Shown: positions 53,838 through 64,000 of the stretch, one piece after another
Layout: every line of letters starts with the position of its first letter
Numbering within the stretch: the stretch's first letter is position 1
Assembly (NCBI GenBank): GCA_050014495.1
Contig: JBEKDF010000009.1
Coordinates: forward strand, 14,229 to 78,228
DNA length: 64,000 nt
Direction of reading: 5' to 3'
Source: Candidatus Bathyarchaeia archaeon
Lineage (GTDB): Archaea > Thermoproteota > Bathyarchaeia > TCS64
Program-made: the position numbers and the translations under genes
Notes under the pieces: generated by a model
The model's database searches: none
Told to the model about the DNA's origin: nothing
Seen by the model: only the letters and a program-made list of their open reading frames with translations

Positions 53838-54452
53838 ATGCCCTACGATTTCAACTATGACCTATCTGGTATACCAAGATCCTTCTTTAGGGAGCTGGTC
53901 AGGGTCGCGGAGCAGAGGCAGCTACATAAGAGGCTGGGGATGAGGGCGAGGACCCTGGCTAAGACCTTTAAGCTGAGCGAGGCGACGGGACTCGATGTCC
54001 AAAATCTCCTAACGATAATCGAGGATCTCGTCGACGTCCAGATACTAAACGCTAGGCAGAGAGATACATTTGCTAAGACTGAGAGGAGGGCGCTCTTCCT
54101 CCCACACTGCTCGAGGAAACACATGGACGGGAGCTGCAAGGCCCAATTTGATGCGACCGTTCCGTCTTACAGCTGTGCTCATTGTTCCAGTGACTGTCTC
54201 GTGAGTAAGGCCACAACACTGGGGGAGGAGAAAGGGTACGCCGTCTTTGTGGTTCCGGGTGGCTCCTGCATACCCGGTATCATCAAGAAGAGCAGCTTCG
54301 AAGGCATCGTTGGTGTCGCGTGCGGTCAGGAGTTGATTCCAGCGTACGAGATGACGAAGAGAGTGGGGCTACCGACTCAGGCAGTCCCCCTGATCAAGAA
54401 TGGCTGCGCCAACACTGTCTTCAGCTACCAGGTTCTCGAGGGCACACTCTAG
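53838..54452 (+). CDS. DUF116-family Cys-rich protein
   Basis: LFLPHCSRKH...CKAQF...SCAHCSSDC...VVPGGSCI...VGVACGQEL matches my recollection of the DUF116 cysteine pattern. Confidence 0.45.
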   Translation: MPYDFNYDLSGIPRSFFRELVRVAEQRQLHKRLGMRARTLAKTFKLSEATGLDVQNLLTIIEDLVDVQILNARQRDTFAKTERRALFLPHCSRKHMDGSCKAQFDATVPSYSCAHCSSDCLVSKATTLGEEKGYAVFVVPGGSCIPGIIKKSSFEGIVGVACGQELIPAYEMTKRVGLPTQAVPLIKNGCANTVFSYQVLEGTL

Positions 54453-54530
54453 GTCCAAAAAAGTTACTAACCATCAGTATCTCCTTATAGCCGATATTTA
54501 TGTTAGCTGAGAAGAAGTTTCGGGTCGGGG

Positions 54531-55379
54531 ATGCTACCATCAACTACGCTGAGGGGCCAAAGGTGGGACCCCCCGATGGTTCTAACGCATGGTCTAACGG
54601 ATAGATGGCAGTACTATCTGCCGGTGATGCCGTGGCTTATTATGAGGTGGCATACCTATGCCCTAGACTTTCGGGGGCATGGGCGCTCGAGTCGGACTCC
54701 CCCTTACAGGTACCGTGATCACATCTATGACACAATTGCATTCATAGATGGTTGTGTCCAGGAACCCGTTGTTCTCTTTGGTTCCTCTATGGGTGGGATG
54801 GTAGCCCTAATGGTCGCTGCGAGTCGGCCCGACCTCGTCAAGGCGGTCATCTTCGGGGACTCGAGTGTTAAGACAGATAGGACGCGGGAGGTGATGCGAG
54901 ACTTTCATAGCTATTGGGAGGGGTGGAAGAGGCTCGCCGGCTTTCAGGGCCAATTCAGTGAGTTCGTTAGGCTCGTCTCGGAGATGCCTGTCAGCGTACC
55001 TGGGCAGGGAAAGCGCACATATGGTGAGGGCCTCGACTCCATCGCCATCATGAATAAGGCTAACTACCTCAGGTGCCTCGACCCGGCAGTTCTCACCGAT
55101 TGGGCTGCGGGTGCCGAGGATGATGAGGCATTTAGGAGGGTCATAGATGGGTACGAGCATGAGCGTCTCAGGGACATCAAGTGCCCAGTCCTCCTCATTC
55201 AAGGTAACCCGAAGAAGGGTGGTATCTTCACCGATGAGGCCGTCGACTATGCGAAGGCGAATATTAAGGACAGCTACCACATCTATATACCGGAGTACGA
55301 CCATAACCTCGGCCTGTACAATTGGGACACGGGGAAGCTCCTACAGGCTATCAGCGTCTTCTTAGAGTCACTAAGATGA
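54531..55379 (+). CDS. alpha/beta-fold hydrolase (N-terminus apparently frameshifted at a C6 run)
   Basis: Nucleophile elbow GSSMGGMV and an HG oxyanion motif (MVLTHG). The expected first beta-strand is encoded from ATG 54500 in another frame (see findings). Confidence 0.75.
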   Translation: MLPSTTLRGQRWDPPMVLTHGLTDRWQYYLPVMPWLIMRWHTYALDFRGHGRSSRTPPYRYRDHIYDTIAFIDGCVQEPVVLFGSSMGGMVALMVAASRPDLVKAVIFGDSSVKTDRTREVMRDFHSYWEGWKRLAGFQGQFSEFVRLVSEMPVSVPGQGKRTYGEGLDSIAIMNKANYLRCLDPAVLTDWAAGAEDDEAFRRVIDGYEHERLRDIKCPVLLIQGNPKKGGIFTDEAVDYAKANIKDSYHIYIPEYDHNLGLYNWDTGKLLQAISVFLESLR

Positions 55380-55933
55380 ATGACCCAAAGCTTATTTCAA
55401 CCTCTAGATTCTCATCTCATTCGGTCCTATCCTTGGAGTTCATGGATGTTGTTAGGAAGAGGAGAAGTGTCAGGAAGTACAAGCCAACCCCAGTACCGAA
55501 GGCTGATATCGAGTACGTGCTCGAGGCGGCGAGGCTCGCGCCATCGTGGGGAAACAGGCAGTGTTGGAGGTACATAGTAGTTACCGACGAAGCGACTAGA
55601 AAAAAGATCACTATGACGGATTGGGCAGCGAATGCACCCGTCGTCATCGTAGGATGTGGAGACCCGTCGAAGGCTGGGAACAGGGATGGGAAGCCATACT
55701 ATATGCTCGACATGGGAATAAGCATGGAGCATCTCTGCCTCGCCGCGGCTGAAAGGGGTCTAGGCACCTGCTGGCTCGGTGGACAAATTGATGAGGGGAT
55801 AGTCAAGAAGGAGCTCGGCATCCCGGATAGCCACAGGGTCGTCGCTCTCACACCCCTCGGCTACCCCGACGAATCACCAGCAGTCAAGGAGCGGAAGCCG
55901 ATGGCTGACATGGTCTCCTGGGAGAAGTGGTGA
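55376..55933 (+). CDS. nitroreductase-family protein
   Basis: VVRKRRSVRKYKP...EAARLAPSWGNRQCWRYIVV. ATGA overlap with the hydrolase stop. Confidence 0.8.
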   Translation: MNDPKLISTSRFSSHSVLSLEFMDVVRKRRSVRKYKPTPVPKADIEYVLEAARLAPSWGNRQCWRYIVVTDEATRKKITMTDWAANAPVVIVGCGDPSKAGNRDGKPYYMLDMGISMEHLCLAAAERGLGTCWLGGQIDEGIVKKELGIPDSHRVVALTPLGYPDESPAVKERKPMADMVSWEKW

Positions 55934-56027
55934 CAGCGTTCCCACCGCGCAGAACGATTTATCTACGTGGCGTCTATCAATCCCAATAATCTAGCGGCCC
56001 GCTACTCGGGCCGGTGGGGATCACACC

Positions 56028-57413
56028 ATGCCTGATGTAAGCGGTTGGGTAAACGAGCTCGAGAAATTCATCTTCCAGAGGATGACTACGTCTGGAATTG
56101 TGGGTCTTAGTATAGCCACGATTAAGGACGGGGTGGTCAATTACCAGAGGGGCTTTGGGTTCCGGGACTTCGAGAAGGGTACAAGCGCAACGCCTGAGAC
56201 TATCTACTGCATAGGGAGTGTGACAAAGAGCTTCACTGCCCTCGCGGTGATGCAGCTCTGCGAGGCTGGGAAGCTGAGTTTGGATGACCCCATCGAGAAG
56301 TGGCTTTCCTTCATGGAGAGGCCAATGGGTGAGAAGATACTCATCAGGCATCTACTGAGTCATACTAGTGGACTATCTGCTCTAGGCTACGCTGAGGCAA
56401 CACTCGCCGCCATAACTGAGACACCCGACATCTGGTTACCTATCTCAAATTCTCGCGACCTACTGGTCTTCATGAGGGGAGCGGAGGAGTGGGCGATATC
56501 TAAGCCCGGAGAGAGGCACGCGTACCTAAACGAGGGATATATTCTTCTGGGGGCGCTGATAGAGGAGACCTCTGGACAGAGCTACGCAGACTACGTCAAA
56601 GAGAAGATTCTGTTACCCCTCCATATGTACAGGAGTAGCTTCACCGAAGACGACGTCAAGGACGATGAAGACCTCGCTGTCCCATATGTGACCAATAGGA
56701 ACGGGGGGAAGGTTGCGACGAGGTACCCTTATGGGCAGATGATAAGCGATGGGGGGCTCATGAGTAACGCCCTCGATATGGCGAATTATTTGAGAATGCT
56801 GCTAGGACTCGGCGCCTTCGATGGGCACAGGCTCGCGAGCGAGGAGTCGATAGGGGAGCTGATGTCGCCGAAGATCAGGATGCTTGACGAGCCCATAGAG
56901 GGGGAGGAATGGAGGTACTATGGCTACGGGCTTAGGATCAAGGATGGCTTCCTTGGGCACCGCCTCGTTCAGCACAGCGGAAGCGTATTTGGCTCAAGCG
57001 CCTACATTAACTTCGTTCCTGATCTTGGTTGCGGTGTCGCTATCCTGGCGAACGGCGGCTACTACCTCGAGGACATCGGTGAATATGCTGTGGCCCTCTT
57101 GATGGGGAGGAGTCCGCTGGAGATCACTAGCTTCAGAAGGGGGAGGATATTGGATGGACTCACGGGGGCTTACAAGACCTTCAAGGATACTTCCTCGTAT
57201 AGAGTGGTGAGGAGTGGAGGAATTTTGCAGCTGGAGCAGAGGTGGGGTGAGAGGACGTTCACCACGCCTATGATCCCAGTGGACATCGAGGGGGAGACGA
57301 AGTCTTTCAGGACTTTTGGGGTCGACACCACGACGCCAGCGCTCTTCGTTTCACGAGGAGGGGAGACGTACCTCGTATATGAGAGGACTCTAGCTAAGAG
57401 GATCGAGGGTTAA
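56028..57413 (+). CDS. serine hydrolase, beta-lactamase/PBP (class C-like) family
   Basis: SxxK motif IGSVTKSFTALAV and a downstream YLNEGY (YxN) motif. Confidence 0.8.
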   Translation: MPDVSGWVNELEKFIFQRMTTSGIVGLSIATIKDGVVNYQRGFGFRDFEKGTSATPETIYCIGSVTKSFTALAVMQLCEAGKLSLDDPIEKWLSFMERPMGEKILIRHLLSHTSGLSALGYAEATLAAITETPDIWLPISNSRDLLVFMRGAEEWAISKPGERHAYLNEGYILLGALIEETSGQSYADYVKEKILLPLHMYRSSFTEDDVKDDEDLAVPYVTNRNGGKVATRYPYGQMISDGGLMSNALDMANYLRMLLGLGAFDGHRLASEESIGELMSPKIRMLDEPIEGEEWRYYGYGLRIKDGFLGHRLVQHSGSVFGSSAYINFVPDLGCGVAILANGGYYLEDIGEYAVALLMGRSPLEITSFRRGRILDGLTGAYKTFKDTSSYRVVRSGGILQLEQRWGERTFTTPMIPVDIEGETKSFRTFGVDTTTPALFVSRGGETYLVYERTLAKRIEG

Positions 57414-57533
57414 CAGACACGTTTTGATTGCGTATAAATTATTAGAGAAAATTGACCTGCTTCCAGGCCTTTATTTTTTTGTTCATCTGGTAGCTGTTTT
57501 ATTCCTCGACGATGTCAACTTTCCTTGGTCTAA

Positions 57534-58532
57534 TTGATTGTGGATATGCATGCTCACGTCTTCACTAGGGAGGCACTAGCGGGGCTGGATAAGAAGTATA
57601 GACGGTACGCTCCTCAACTCATGGTTGAGGGGGGGAAGTACCTCATAGTAACGGGGGAGAGGTCGAGTGGCCCTATGGATCAGATGTTGGGGTTCAGCGA
57701 TGTGGATGGGCGGCTCAAGGCCATGGATGGGGCGGGAGTTGATGTTCAGGTCGTGTCGGTCACACCGGGAAACTTCTGCTATGATGTACCTCTCGAGGCA
57801 GCCAAGGCGATCGCAGTGGCACAGAACGATGCGATTGCTGATATGGTGGAGGATTACCCGAGCAGGTTTGTGGGATGCGCTACGGTGCCCCTCCAAGACC
57901 CCGAGGCAGCGGTGAGAGAGCTGGATCGTTGTGTTCGTGACCTGGGATTCAAGAGCGTCGAGATCGGGTCGAATGTGGCGGGTAGAAATCTAGACTCGCC
58001 TGAGTTGATGCCTTTCTACGCGGAGGCGGAGAGACTAGAGACGCCTATTGTGGTTCACCCTATTAATAATGCTGGGGCTGATCGGATGGGGAGGTACTAT
58101 CTCGGTAATATAGTTGGAAATCCGTTGGAGACGACCCTCGCAATTGGGAGTGTGGTTTTGGGTGGTGTCCTTGAGAGGTTTAGGATGCTGACGTTCTGTT
58201 GGGGGCATGGTGGGGGCTTCTGGCCTTACCAGATCGGGCGTTTTGACCATGGTTATGATGTGCGCCTTGAGTCGAAGGCGAATATACCAAAACCTCCAAG
58301 CAGATACTCCTCACGGATGTATTACGATACAATAACCCATTCGGAGGGTGCCCTGAAGTACCTCATCTCCTCCATGGGGGCTGGTAACGTCCTCTATGGC
58401 ACTGACTTCCCATGGGATATGGGGGACTACGATGCGATCCCGATGATAAGGGGGATGAGAGGAGTCGAGGCTGAGGACAAGGCTATGATACTCGGCGAAA
58501 CTAGCGCAAGACTCTTCAGGATTAGGCTGTAA
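57534..58532 (+). CDS. amidohydrolase-2 (ACMSD-like) family metal hydrolase
   Basis: N-terminal IVDMHAHV, VVHP, WGHGGG and GTDFPW. TTG start. Confidence 0.7.
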   Translation: MIVDMHAHVFTREALAGLDKKYRRYAPQLMVEGGKYLIVTGERSSGPMDQMLGFSDVDGRLKAMDGAGVDVQVVSVTPGNFCYDVPLEAAKAIAVAQNDAIADMVEDYPSRFVGCATVPLQDPEAAVRELDRCVRDLGFKSVEIGSNVAGRNLDSPELMPFYAEAERLETPIVVHPINNAGADRMGRYYLGNIVGNPLETTLAIGSVVLGGVLERFRMLTFCWGHGGGFWPYQIGRFDHGYDVRLESKANIPKPPSRYSSRMYYDTITHSEGALKYLISSMGAGNVLYGTDFPWDMGDYDAIPMIRGMRGVEAEDKAMILGETSARLFRIRL

Positions 58533-58581
58533 ACTTCTATCAGTATTATTAGGCGGCGTCTCCTGTTATCCACTGATCGAA

Positions 58582-59424
58582 TTGAAGTTTTACCTCACAG
58601 GGCTCGGTAACCTCGCCGAGAACCAAGAATACATAACAAAGTCGATTGTAGCAGCGGATCGCCTCGGCTTCGACGGAGCTCTTATGCCTGACCATTACAT
58701 GTGGGGCGACGAGATAGGGCACAGTATGAAGAACCCCTACAACACTCTGGAGACTTGGACAACCCTAAGCTACCTCGCTGGGAAGACTGAACACATTTGC
58801 CTAGGGACGCTCGTGACCCCTCTGGGACTTAGGCACCCAGGTATGCTTGCTAAGATGTTAGCGACACTGGACAATTTATCTGGCGGGAGGGTTGTCCTCG
58901 GCGTTGGAGCGGGGTGGAGTCAGGTCGAGTTCAAGGGTTACAGCAGCTGGCTCGAACCCGCTGAGAGGGTGGGAAAGACCGTGGAAGCGCTTAATGTGAT
59001 CCTTGCTCTTTGGTCGGAGGATAGTGTCACACACCACGGTAAGTTTTACGATCTCGAAGGCGCGGTGTTATCACCCAAGCCCATTCAGAGGCCACACCCG
59101 AGGCTGCTCTTTGGGAGTCAGGGCAAGAGGATGCTGAGGATGACGGGTCGTTATGGTGACATCTACTTTGTGCCGCCTTGGGCACAAGCGAAGTCTATGG
59201 AGATTATCGCGGAGGTGAGGACGGCTGCGGAGGAGGCGAGTCGGAAGGTCCCTGCATTGATGCTGGGCATCATGGACTCGAGAGCGTATAGTGCATCCGA
59301 GTACGCGAACGGTGTGGAGGAGGCGGCGAAGATTGGAGCAGAATATTATGCCATCGCCTTCCCTAGGGAAGACCCGACTGCGATGAGCAGGTTCTCCAAC
59401 GAGGTTATGCGATCCTATCAATGA
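58582..59424 (+). CDS. luciferase-like (LLM class) flavin/F420-dependent oxidoreductase
   Basis: LGFDGALMPDH...LGTLVTPL...GRVVLGVGAGW is typical of the LLM class. TTG start. Confidence 0.7.
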   Translation: MKFYLTGLGNLAENQEYITKSIVAADRLGFDGALMPDHYMWGDEIGHSMKNPYNTLETWTTLSYLAGKTEHICLGTLVTPLGLRHPGMLAKMLATLDNLSGGRVVLGVGAGWSQVEFKGYSSWLEPAERVGKTVEALNVILALWSEDSVTHHGKFYDLEGAVLSPKPIQRPHPRLLFGSQGKRMLRMTGRYGDIYFVPPWAQAKSMEIIAEVRTAAEEASRKVPALMLGIMDSRAYSASEYANGVEEAAKIGAEYYAIAFPREDPTAMSRFSNEVMRSYQ

Positions 59425-59618
59425 CGACCCGTTGAGTCATGGGTTGCGAATCGCTTGTATGTTATCACTCGTCGTCACGCGCGTCTAATGGTCTCCATGA
59501 CGAGCGCGCAGTCTAGCCACACTTTTCTAAGTGATACATTAAGATCCTGACCATCATATACATGCGAAAGCGAACGGGTTCAAATAACACGAAATGAGTC
59601 AATTACAGGGTATTAGAA

Positions 59619-60194
59619 ATGGTTGATTCCAAGGTTCTGAATGTCATCAAGCAGCGTCGTAGCATCAGGGACTATTCTGATCAGGAGATCGAGCAGGAGA
59701 AGCTCGACATCATACTTGAATCCGCTCGGCTTGCTCCCTCGGCAACTAACGCCCAGGACTGGTTCTTCTACATCGTTAAGAGTAGGGAGACTAGGGAGAA
59801 GATAGCTGCGTCTGAGCCACTCATGGCTAACCAGTTTCTGCGGAAGGCTCCGATCGTGATCGTTGGCTGCGAGAGGTCTCAGGGGGTGGTCGGTGCAGCC
59901 ACTGGAGCGGTGCTCAAGGTGATGGGCGCACGCGACAGAGGCTGGGCTGATGTGGATGTTACTATTGCTCTCGAACACATGGTTTTGACGGCGACGGATC
60001 TTGGTATCGGCAGCTGTTGGGTGGGGATGTTTGATGGTCGTAGGGTATCGGGGATTCTTGACTTACCTGGGGATCAGCATATCGTTGCTTTGCTGGCTTT
60101 AGGGTATCCCGCTGCTCCGTCTACTGGTGACTCTATTGGTGGAGTTAGGGGGAGCTCGAGGGTGAGTTTGAAGGATATCACGAAGATAATCTAG
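59619..60194 (+). CDS. nitroreductase-family protein
   Basis: IKQRRSIRDYSDQEI...ESARLAPSATNAQDWFFYIV. Confidence 0.8.
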   Translation: MVDSKVLNVIKQRRSIRDYSDQEIEQEKLDIILESARLAPSATNAQDWFFYIVKSRETREKIAASEPLMANQFLRKAPIVIVGCERSQGVVGAATGAVLKVMGARDRGWADVDVTIALEHMVLTATDLGIGSCWVGMFDGRRVSGILDLPGDQHIVALLALGYPAAPSTGDSIGGVRGSSRVSLKDITKII

Positions 60195-60303
60195 AGTTTA
60201 ATGAGAAGATGTGCTCCATAGTCTAACTCTTTCGCTGGCGTGGTCAAATTGATAATAATGAACGCGTTGATTCTACTATTCACACGCGATAATTATTAGA
60301 GGA

Positions 60304-61236
60304 CTAGGGGAAGTAGTCGATCCTCACTTCTCTAGCTCTCTTATCTAATTCATTTAGCTCCTCTCTGGTTAGCTGTATGTCGGCTGAGTATGCGTTCTCC
60401 TCAGCCTGAGACGCGTTCTTCGCTCCGGGTATTGGTATAACGATGGGGTTCGAGGAAAGCCAACTGAGTGCTACTTGTCCATTCGTTATTTGGTGTTTCT
60501 GGGCTATTTCCGAGAGAGAAGAGTTGAGCTTCTCCACCTGCTCGATGTTCTTTGGCAAGAAGAGTCTGTTGGAGCCCCTAGGGTCACCGCTTGGGACGAT
60601 GTCTCTTCTGTATTTGCCAGTCAATGCGCCCTGCGCGAGTGGGCTCCATGCCATTATCGAGATTCCCTCCCTCTTACAGTAGGGAAGTACCTCCTCCTCG
60701 ATGTTCCTCTGAAGCATGTTGTATCTCACCTGGTTGGAGACGATGTCTGTTCTTGAGAGGTATGAGCGTGCCTCTTCTAGGTCCCTGATAGCGAAGTTGC
60801 TGACTCCGATCGCCCTGATCCTCCCCTCCATGTAGAGCTTCTCGAGTGCCCTCATAGTGTCTCTCATGGGGATCTGCTCCCATGGGTCGGGCCAGTGAAC
60901 CTGATAGAGATCGATCTCTTTGACGCCTAGCCTTGCGGCGCTAGCTAGACACGCTCTCTGAAGTTCATCGTACCTGAGGTGCGCATCCTTGACCTTTGAC
61001 GCTATCACGAACTCCTCGCGTCCTATCTCCTTCAAGGCGCGGCCGAGGACCTCCTCGCTGTGCCCGTTTCCATAGGCCTCAGCCGTGTCGATGAGGTTGA
61101 CGCCTAGCTCATGGGATCGTTGTATCGCTTTGATTATGGCTTCGTCATCGCCCTTCCACTCAGCGCTTGCCTGCCAGACGCCTAATCCGATTTTAGAGAC
61201 TTTGATGCCGCTTTTTCCTAGGAATGTGTATTCCAT
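60304..61236 (-). CDS. aldo/keto reductase
   Basis: LGVWQA...GVNLIDTAEAYGNGHSEE...DLYQVHWPD...VSNF covers the AKR catalytic tetrad contexts. Confidence 0.9.
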   Translation of the reverse strand: MEYTFLGKSGIKVSKIGLGVWQASAEWKGDDEAIIKAIQRSHELGVNLIDTAEAYGNGHSEEVLGRALKEIGREEFVIASKVKDAHLRYDELQRACLASAARLGVKEIDLYQVHWPDPWEQIPMRDTMRALEKLYMEGRIRAIGVSNFAIRDLEEARSYLSRTDIVSNQVRYNMLQRNIEEEVLPYCKREGISIMAWSPLAQGALTGKYRRDIVPSGDPRGSNRLFLPKNIEQVEKLNSSLSEIAQKHQITNGQVALSWLSSNPIVIPIPGAKNASQAEENAYSADIQLTREELNELDKRAREVRIDYFP

Positions 61237-61419
61237 AATTCCGTTACTCCTTCAGATTGGTTCCGATTAATCCTCTAATAGAATCGATTTTAAACGTTTC
61301 ATATGAGAATGATGGGCGCGCGCACGCAGAGGAGGTTCTAGCTAAGATTAAGGAGCTAAAAAAGTGACTTCGATGTGATGAGTTTTTAATTATGTAATAA
61401 GGGTAGCACGATCTATTGT

Positions 61420-61911
61420 GTGATGAGATACAATACGGATCCTCATTTTGTTGGTTATGAGGTTCTAAAGAACAGGCAGAGAAAACAATTGGAATCCTTC
61501 GAGGAGTGGACGATCAATAGGCGTTGGAGCAGCTTCCACACCAACCACTACGATTGGTGGATGTTCCCAATCGATGAGCCAAGCAGATACGGCTACGCTT
61601 GGACAGTTTATGATGGCGACATTGCTGAGCTCGTGAAGGATGAGGCCTATATCCGTAACTATCTCCGTGGAGTAGAGTTGCTCGCCCTCTCCTGGGGATG
61701 GAACCTGGCGAATGGGTTGTATGTAACAAATTTTGATGAGGATCAGGTCTGGCAGGATTGGCCGATTAGGCTTTATAAGGCGTCGAAGTCTCTGAAGCTG
61801 TTCGGTTTCGACCGCCTCTTCGAGTCACTGAGGACTTATGCGAACGATTTAATGAATAAAGGTGAAAGTTTTGAGTATAATGGAAGGGACCTCAGCCTCC
61901 TATTCCGATGA
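61420..61911 (+). CDS. hypothetical protein
   Basis: 163-aa Trp-rich ORF (HYDWWMFPIDEPS). No family was recognised. Confidence 0.4.
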   Translation: MMRYNTDPHFVGYEVLKNRQRKQLESFEEWTINRRWSSFHTNHYDWWMFPIDEPSRYGYAWTVYDGDIAELVKDEAYIRNYLRGVELLALSWGWNLANGLYVTNFDEDQVWQDWPIRLYKASKSLKLFGFDRLFESLRTYANDLMNKGESFEYNGRDLSLLFR

Positions 61912-62012
61912 TCCGCGTCGATAGATAGGTTGTAAACGTTCCCAGAACGCCAGACTAGATCATTGTAAATCAATATAAATTGACCAATGTCACTCAATCG
62001 AGTGACTGAGTT

Positions 62013-62558
62013 ATGAACAGCGATAACTTGAGTTTGGAGGAAGTACTCAGGGTAGCTAGGAATGCCTTCGTGGAGAGGAAGCTGGGGGATATTGTTGTTG
62101 CCTCAACGAGGGGGGACACGGGTTTGGCTGCGGCCCGCATCTTCGATGGTACCAAGGCGAACCTCGTCGTGGTGGGTCACAGCGTAGGATTCAAAGAGCC
62201 TAATCTGAACAGCTTCAGCCAGGAGGCGAGGAGGGAGATTGAGGCGCTGGGTGGGAAAGTTCTCCAGAGCACGATGCCATTCCACTCCATTAATGATGCT
62301 ATCCGGGTTAAGTCGGGGACCTCGATCGAGACTCTGATAGCTGACACCCTTCGAATGATGGGTCAGGGGACCAAGGTCTGTGTTGAGATTGTTGCGATGG
62401 CCTGTGATAATGGCTTGTTGGAGAGTGGAAGGAGTGTACTCGCCATAGCGGGCACGGGGACGGGTGCGGACACCGTTTTGGTCATAAGGTCCGCTAACAG
62501 TAAGCGGCTCTTCGATATTAGGGTATTAGATGTTGTAGCAAAGCCTGAGAAGATATGA
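62013..62558 (+). CDS. pyruvate kinase C-terminal (alpha/beta) domain-like protein
   Basis: VVASTRGDTGLAAARIF...LVVVGH...LRMMGQGTKVCVEIVAMACDNGLL...GTGTGADTVLVI matches the stand-alone PK_C-like family. Confidence 0.6.
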   Translation: MNSDNLSLEEVLRVARNAFVERKLGDIVVASTRGDTGLAAARIFDGTKANLVVVGHSVGFKEPNLNSFSQEARREIEALGGKVLQSTMPFHSINDAIRVKSGTSIETLIADTLRMMGQGTKVCVEIVAMACDNGLLESGRSVLAIAGTGTGADTVLVIRSANSKRLFDIRVLDVVAKPEKI

Positions 62559-62559
62559 A

Positions 62560-62790
62560 ATGATGAACTATGCATGCGCGCAGTCGTGTTATGTACCTGA
62601 GGATCAGTACATGTTCGGGCCCGAGATTATGGTGGCGCCTGTGCTTGAGTTGGGGGCTCGGAGTCGATGTGTCTACCTTCCCTCTGGTGTTAGGTGGCGT
62701 GAGGGTGATACGGGGTTTGTTCGTGAGGGGGGTGTGTGGATTGATGTCGCTGCGCCACTGGATATGATCCACCATTTTTACAGGTTGTAA
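62560..62790 (+). pseudogene. C-terminal remnant of a glycoside hydrolase family 31 gene
   Basis: DQYMFGPEIMVAPVLELGARSRCVYLPSGVRW...GGVWIDVAAPLDMI matches the conserved distal beta-sandwich region of GH31 enzymes. Those enzymes are usually over 600 aa, and only about 75 codons are present here. Confidence 0.55.
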
Positions 62791-62884
62791 ACTCGCATGC
62801 ACGACTTTTAGAAATTGAAGAATCCATCGAAACTCATTTTTGTTTATTATGCTCGCTCGTTTTGTTAGTTCTAGGTGAGTAAGC

Positions 62885-63988
62885 TTGGCGAGCAAACTGG
62901 ACTTCTACGATGTCTTAGGGGTTGGGCCTGAAGCGTCCCAAGATGAGATAAAACGTGCATTCCGTAAGCTCGCCTTCAAATATCACCCCGATAGGAACAA
63001 GATGCCTAACGCGGAAGAGAAATTCAAGGAAGCGTCAGAGGCTTATGCCATTCTATCCGACCCCGAAAAGAGGCGGGAGTATGATGCCCGAGGCTTCGAG
63101 GGGATTAAGGAGCAGTATAAGCCAGAAGACATCTTCAACCGCGGGACATTCCGAGACACTTTTTCAGAGTTTGGCTTCAATGTTGAGGATATCTTTACAA
63201 GAATTTTTGGTGGAGGTTTCGCGTCTCAGGGGGCACGTTCCGAGGCTACACGTGGTCGAGACTTGGATGCCCAGGTGGAGATCACCTTACAGCAAGCGGT
63301 ATCTGGTACCGAGTTAGAGGTCACGCTGCCGAGGCTAAAGGGATGCAGCAGGTGCGGTGGGTCAGGCGTCGAACCGGGTAGTCATTCGGTGACGTGCCCA
63401 AAGTGTAAGGGCGCTGGGAGAGTTGAGTATGAAGCTGCATCAGGCTCAGGGCATGTGGTCGTTTTATGTGATCGGTGCAATGGTAGAGGGGTGGTTCCCG
63501 GGAGGCCATGTAAGACTTGTGGGGGGAATGGGCTTGAGGAGAGGCGCGTGAGGCTTCAAGTTAAGGTGCCACCCGGGATCGATAGTGGCGACCACTTAAT
63601 TCTTAGAGGGCAAGGTGATGATGGGCAGTATGGCGGCCCACCTGGAGACTTCTATGTGACGATTAGGATCAAGTCTCATCCATACCTAACCCGGAGGGGA
63701 GTGGATCTCATATATGAGGCGACTATCAATGTTGCCCAGGCTATTTTAGGAATCGAGGTTAAGGTTCCGACGTTGACGAGTGAGAAGATGATTCGAGTTC
63801 CTCCTGGGACGCAGAGTGGCACCACCCTTCGGCTGAGGGGGGAGGGAGCAAGCAGTGCTCTGGGAAGAGGAGACGAGCTCGTTCACATCAACGTCAAGAT
63901 TCCTGAGAAGCTGACTTCCAAGGTGCAGGATCTTGTGGAGAAGCTCTCAAAGGAGCTCGAGGCAGAGGACCATTTTAGGCGTAAATGA
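62885..63988 (+). CDS. dnaJ: molecular chaperone DnaJ (type I, with zinc-finger domain)
   Basis: J domain DFYDVLGV...AFKYHPDRN. Four CxxCxG repeats ([32 protein letters not shown]). TTG start preceded by AGGTGA. Confidence 0.9.
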   Translation: MASKLDFYDVLGVGPEASQDEIKRAFRKLAFKYHPDRNKMPNAEEKFKEASEAYAILSDPEKRREYDARGFEGIKEQYKPEDIFNRGTFRDTFSEFGFNVEDIFTRIFGGGFASQGARSEATRGRDLDAQVEITLQQAVSGTELEVTLPRLKGCSRCGGSGVEPGSHSVTCPKCKGAGRVEYEAASGSGHVVVLCDRCNGRGVVPGRPCKTCGGNGLEERRVRLQVKVPPGIDSGDHLILRGQGDDGQYGGPPGDFYVTIRIKSHPYLTRRGVDLIYEATINVAQAILGIEVKVPTLTSEKMIRVPPGTQSGTTLRLRGEGASSALGRGDELVHINVKIPEKLTSKVQDLVEKLSKELEAEDHFRRK

Positions 63989-64000
63989 CAGGACGTGCTT

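Overview
Archaeal chromosomal window, indicated by Alba, Cbf5, a tRNA-Gln with an A1:U72 acceptor end, an archaeosortase-like protein, AT-rich TATA-like promoters and many GTG/TTG starts. (i) About 0.5-11.0 kb is a GC-rich integrated plasmid- or virus-like element, possibly two in tandem, abutting tRNA-Gln(UUG). It carries two different tyrosine recombinases, an RHH protein, a P-loop NTPase (putative replicative helicase), a Cas4-like nuclease and three zinc-ribbon ORFs under 60 aa that are missing from the ORF track. It also has an iteron-like repeat field and a 38-bp inverted repeat embedded in the NTPase gene. (ii) 11-25 kb holds housekeeping genes: YhbY, a methyltransferase, cbf5, a YcaQ-like protein, grx-nrdD, an amidase, alba and RidA. 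(iii) 25-52 kb is an unusually dense redox island. It contains a two-subunit fumarate hydratase, a split thiol:fumarate-reductase-like gene set joined to an HdrA, malic enzyme, four HdrC-HdrB pairs and four HdrA-type ORFs (one split/fused paralog pair). It also has three MvhD domains (one without cysteines, one fused to a wHTH) and MvhG/MvhA [NiFe]-hydrogenase with its protease, followed directly by a GcvH-like lipoyl protein and LplA. (iv) 52-64 kb holds assorted oxidoreductases and hydrolases, a GH31 gene remnant and dnaJ. I saw no rRNA and no CRISPR array. All calls rest on motif reading by eye; no database search was possible.
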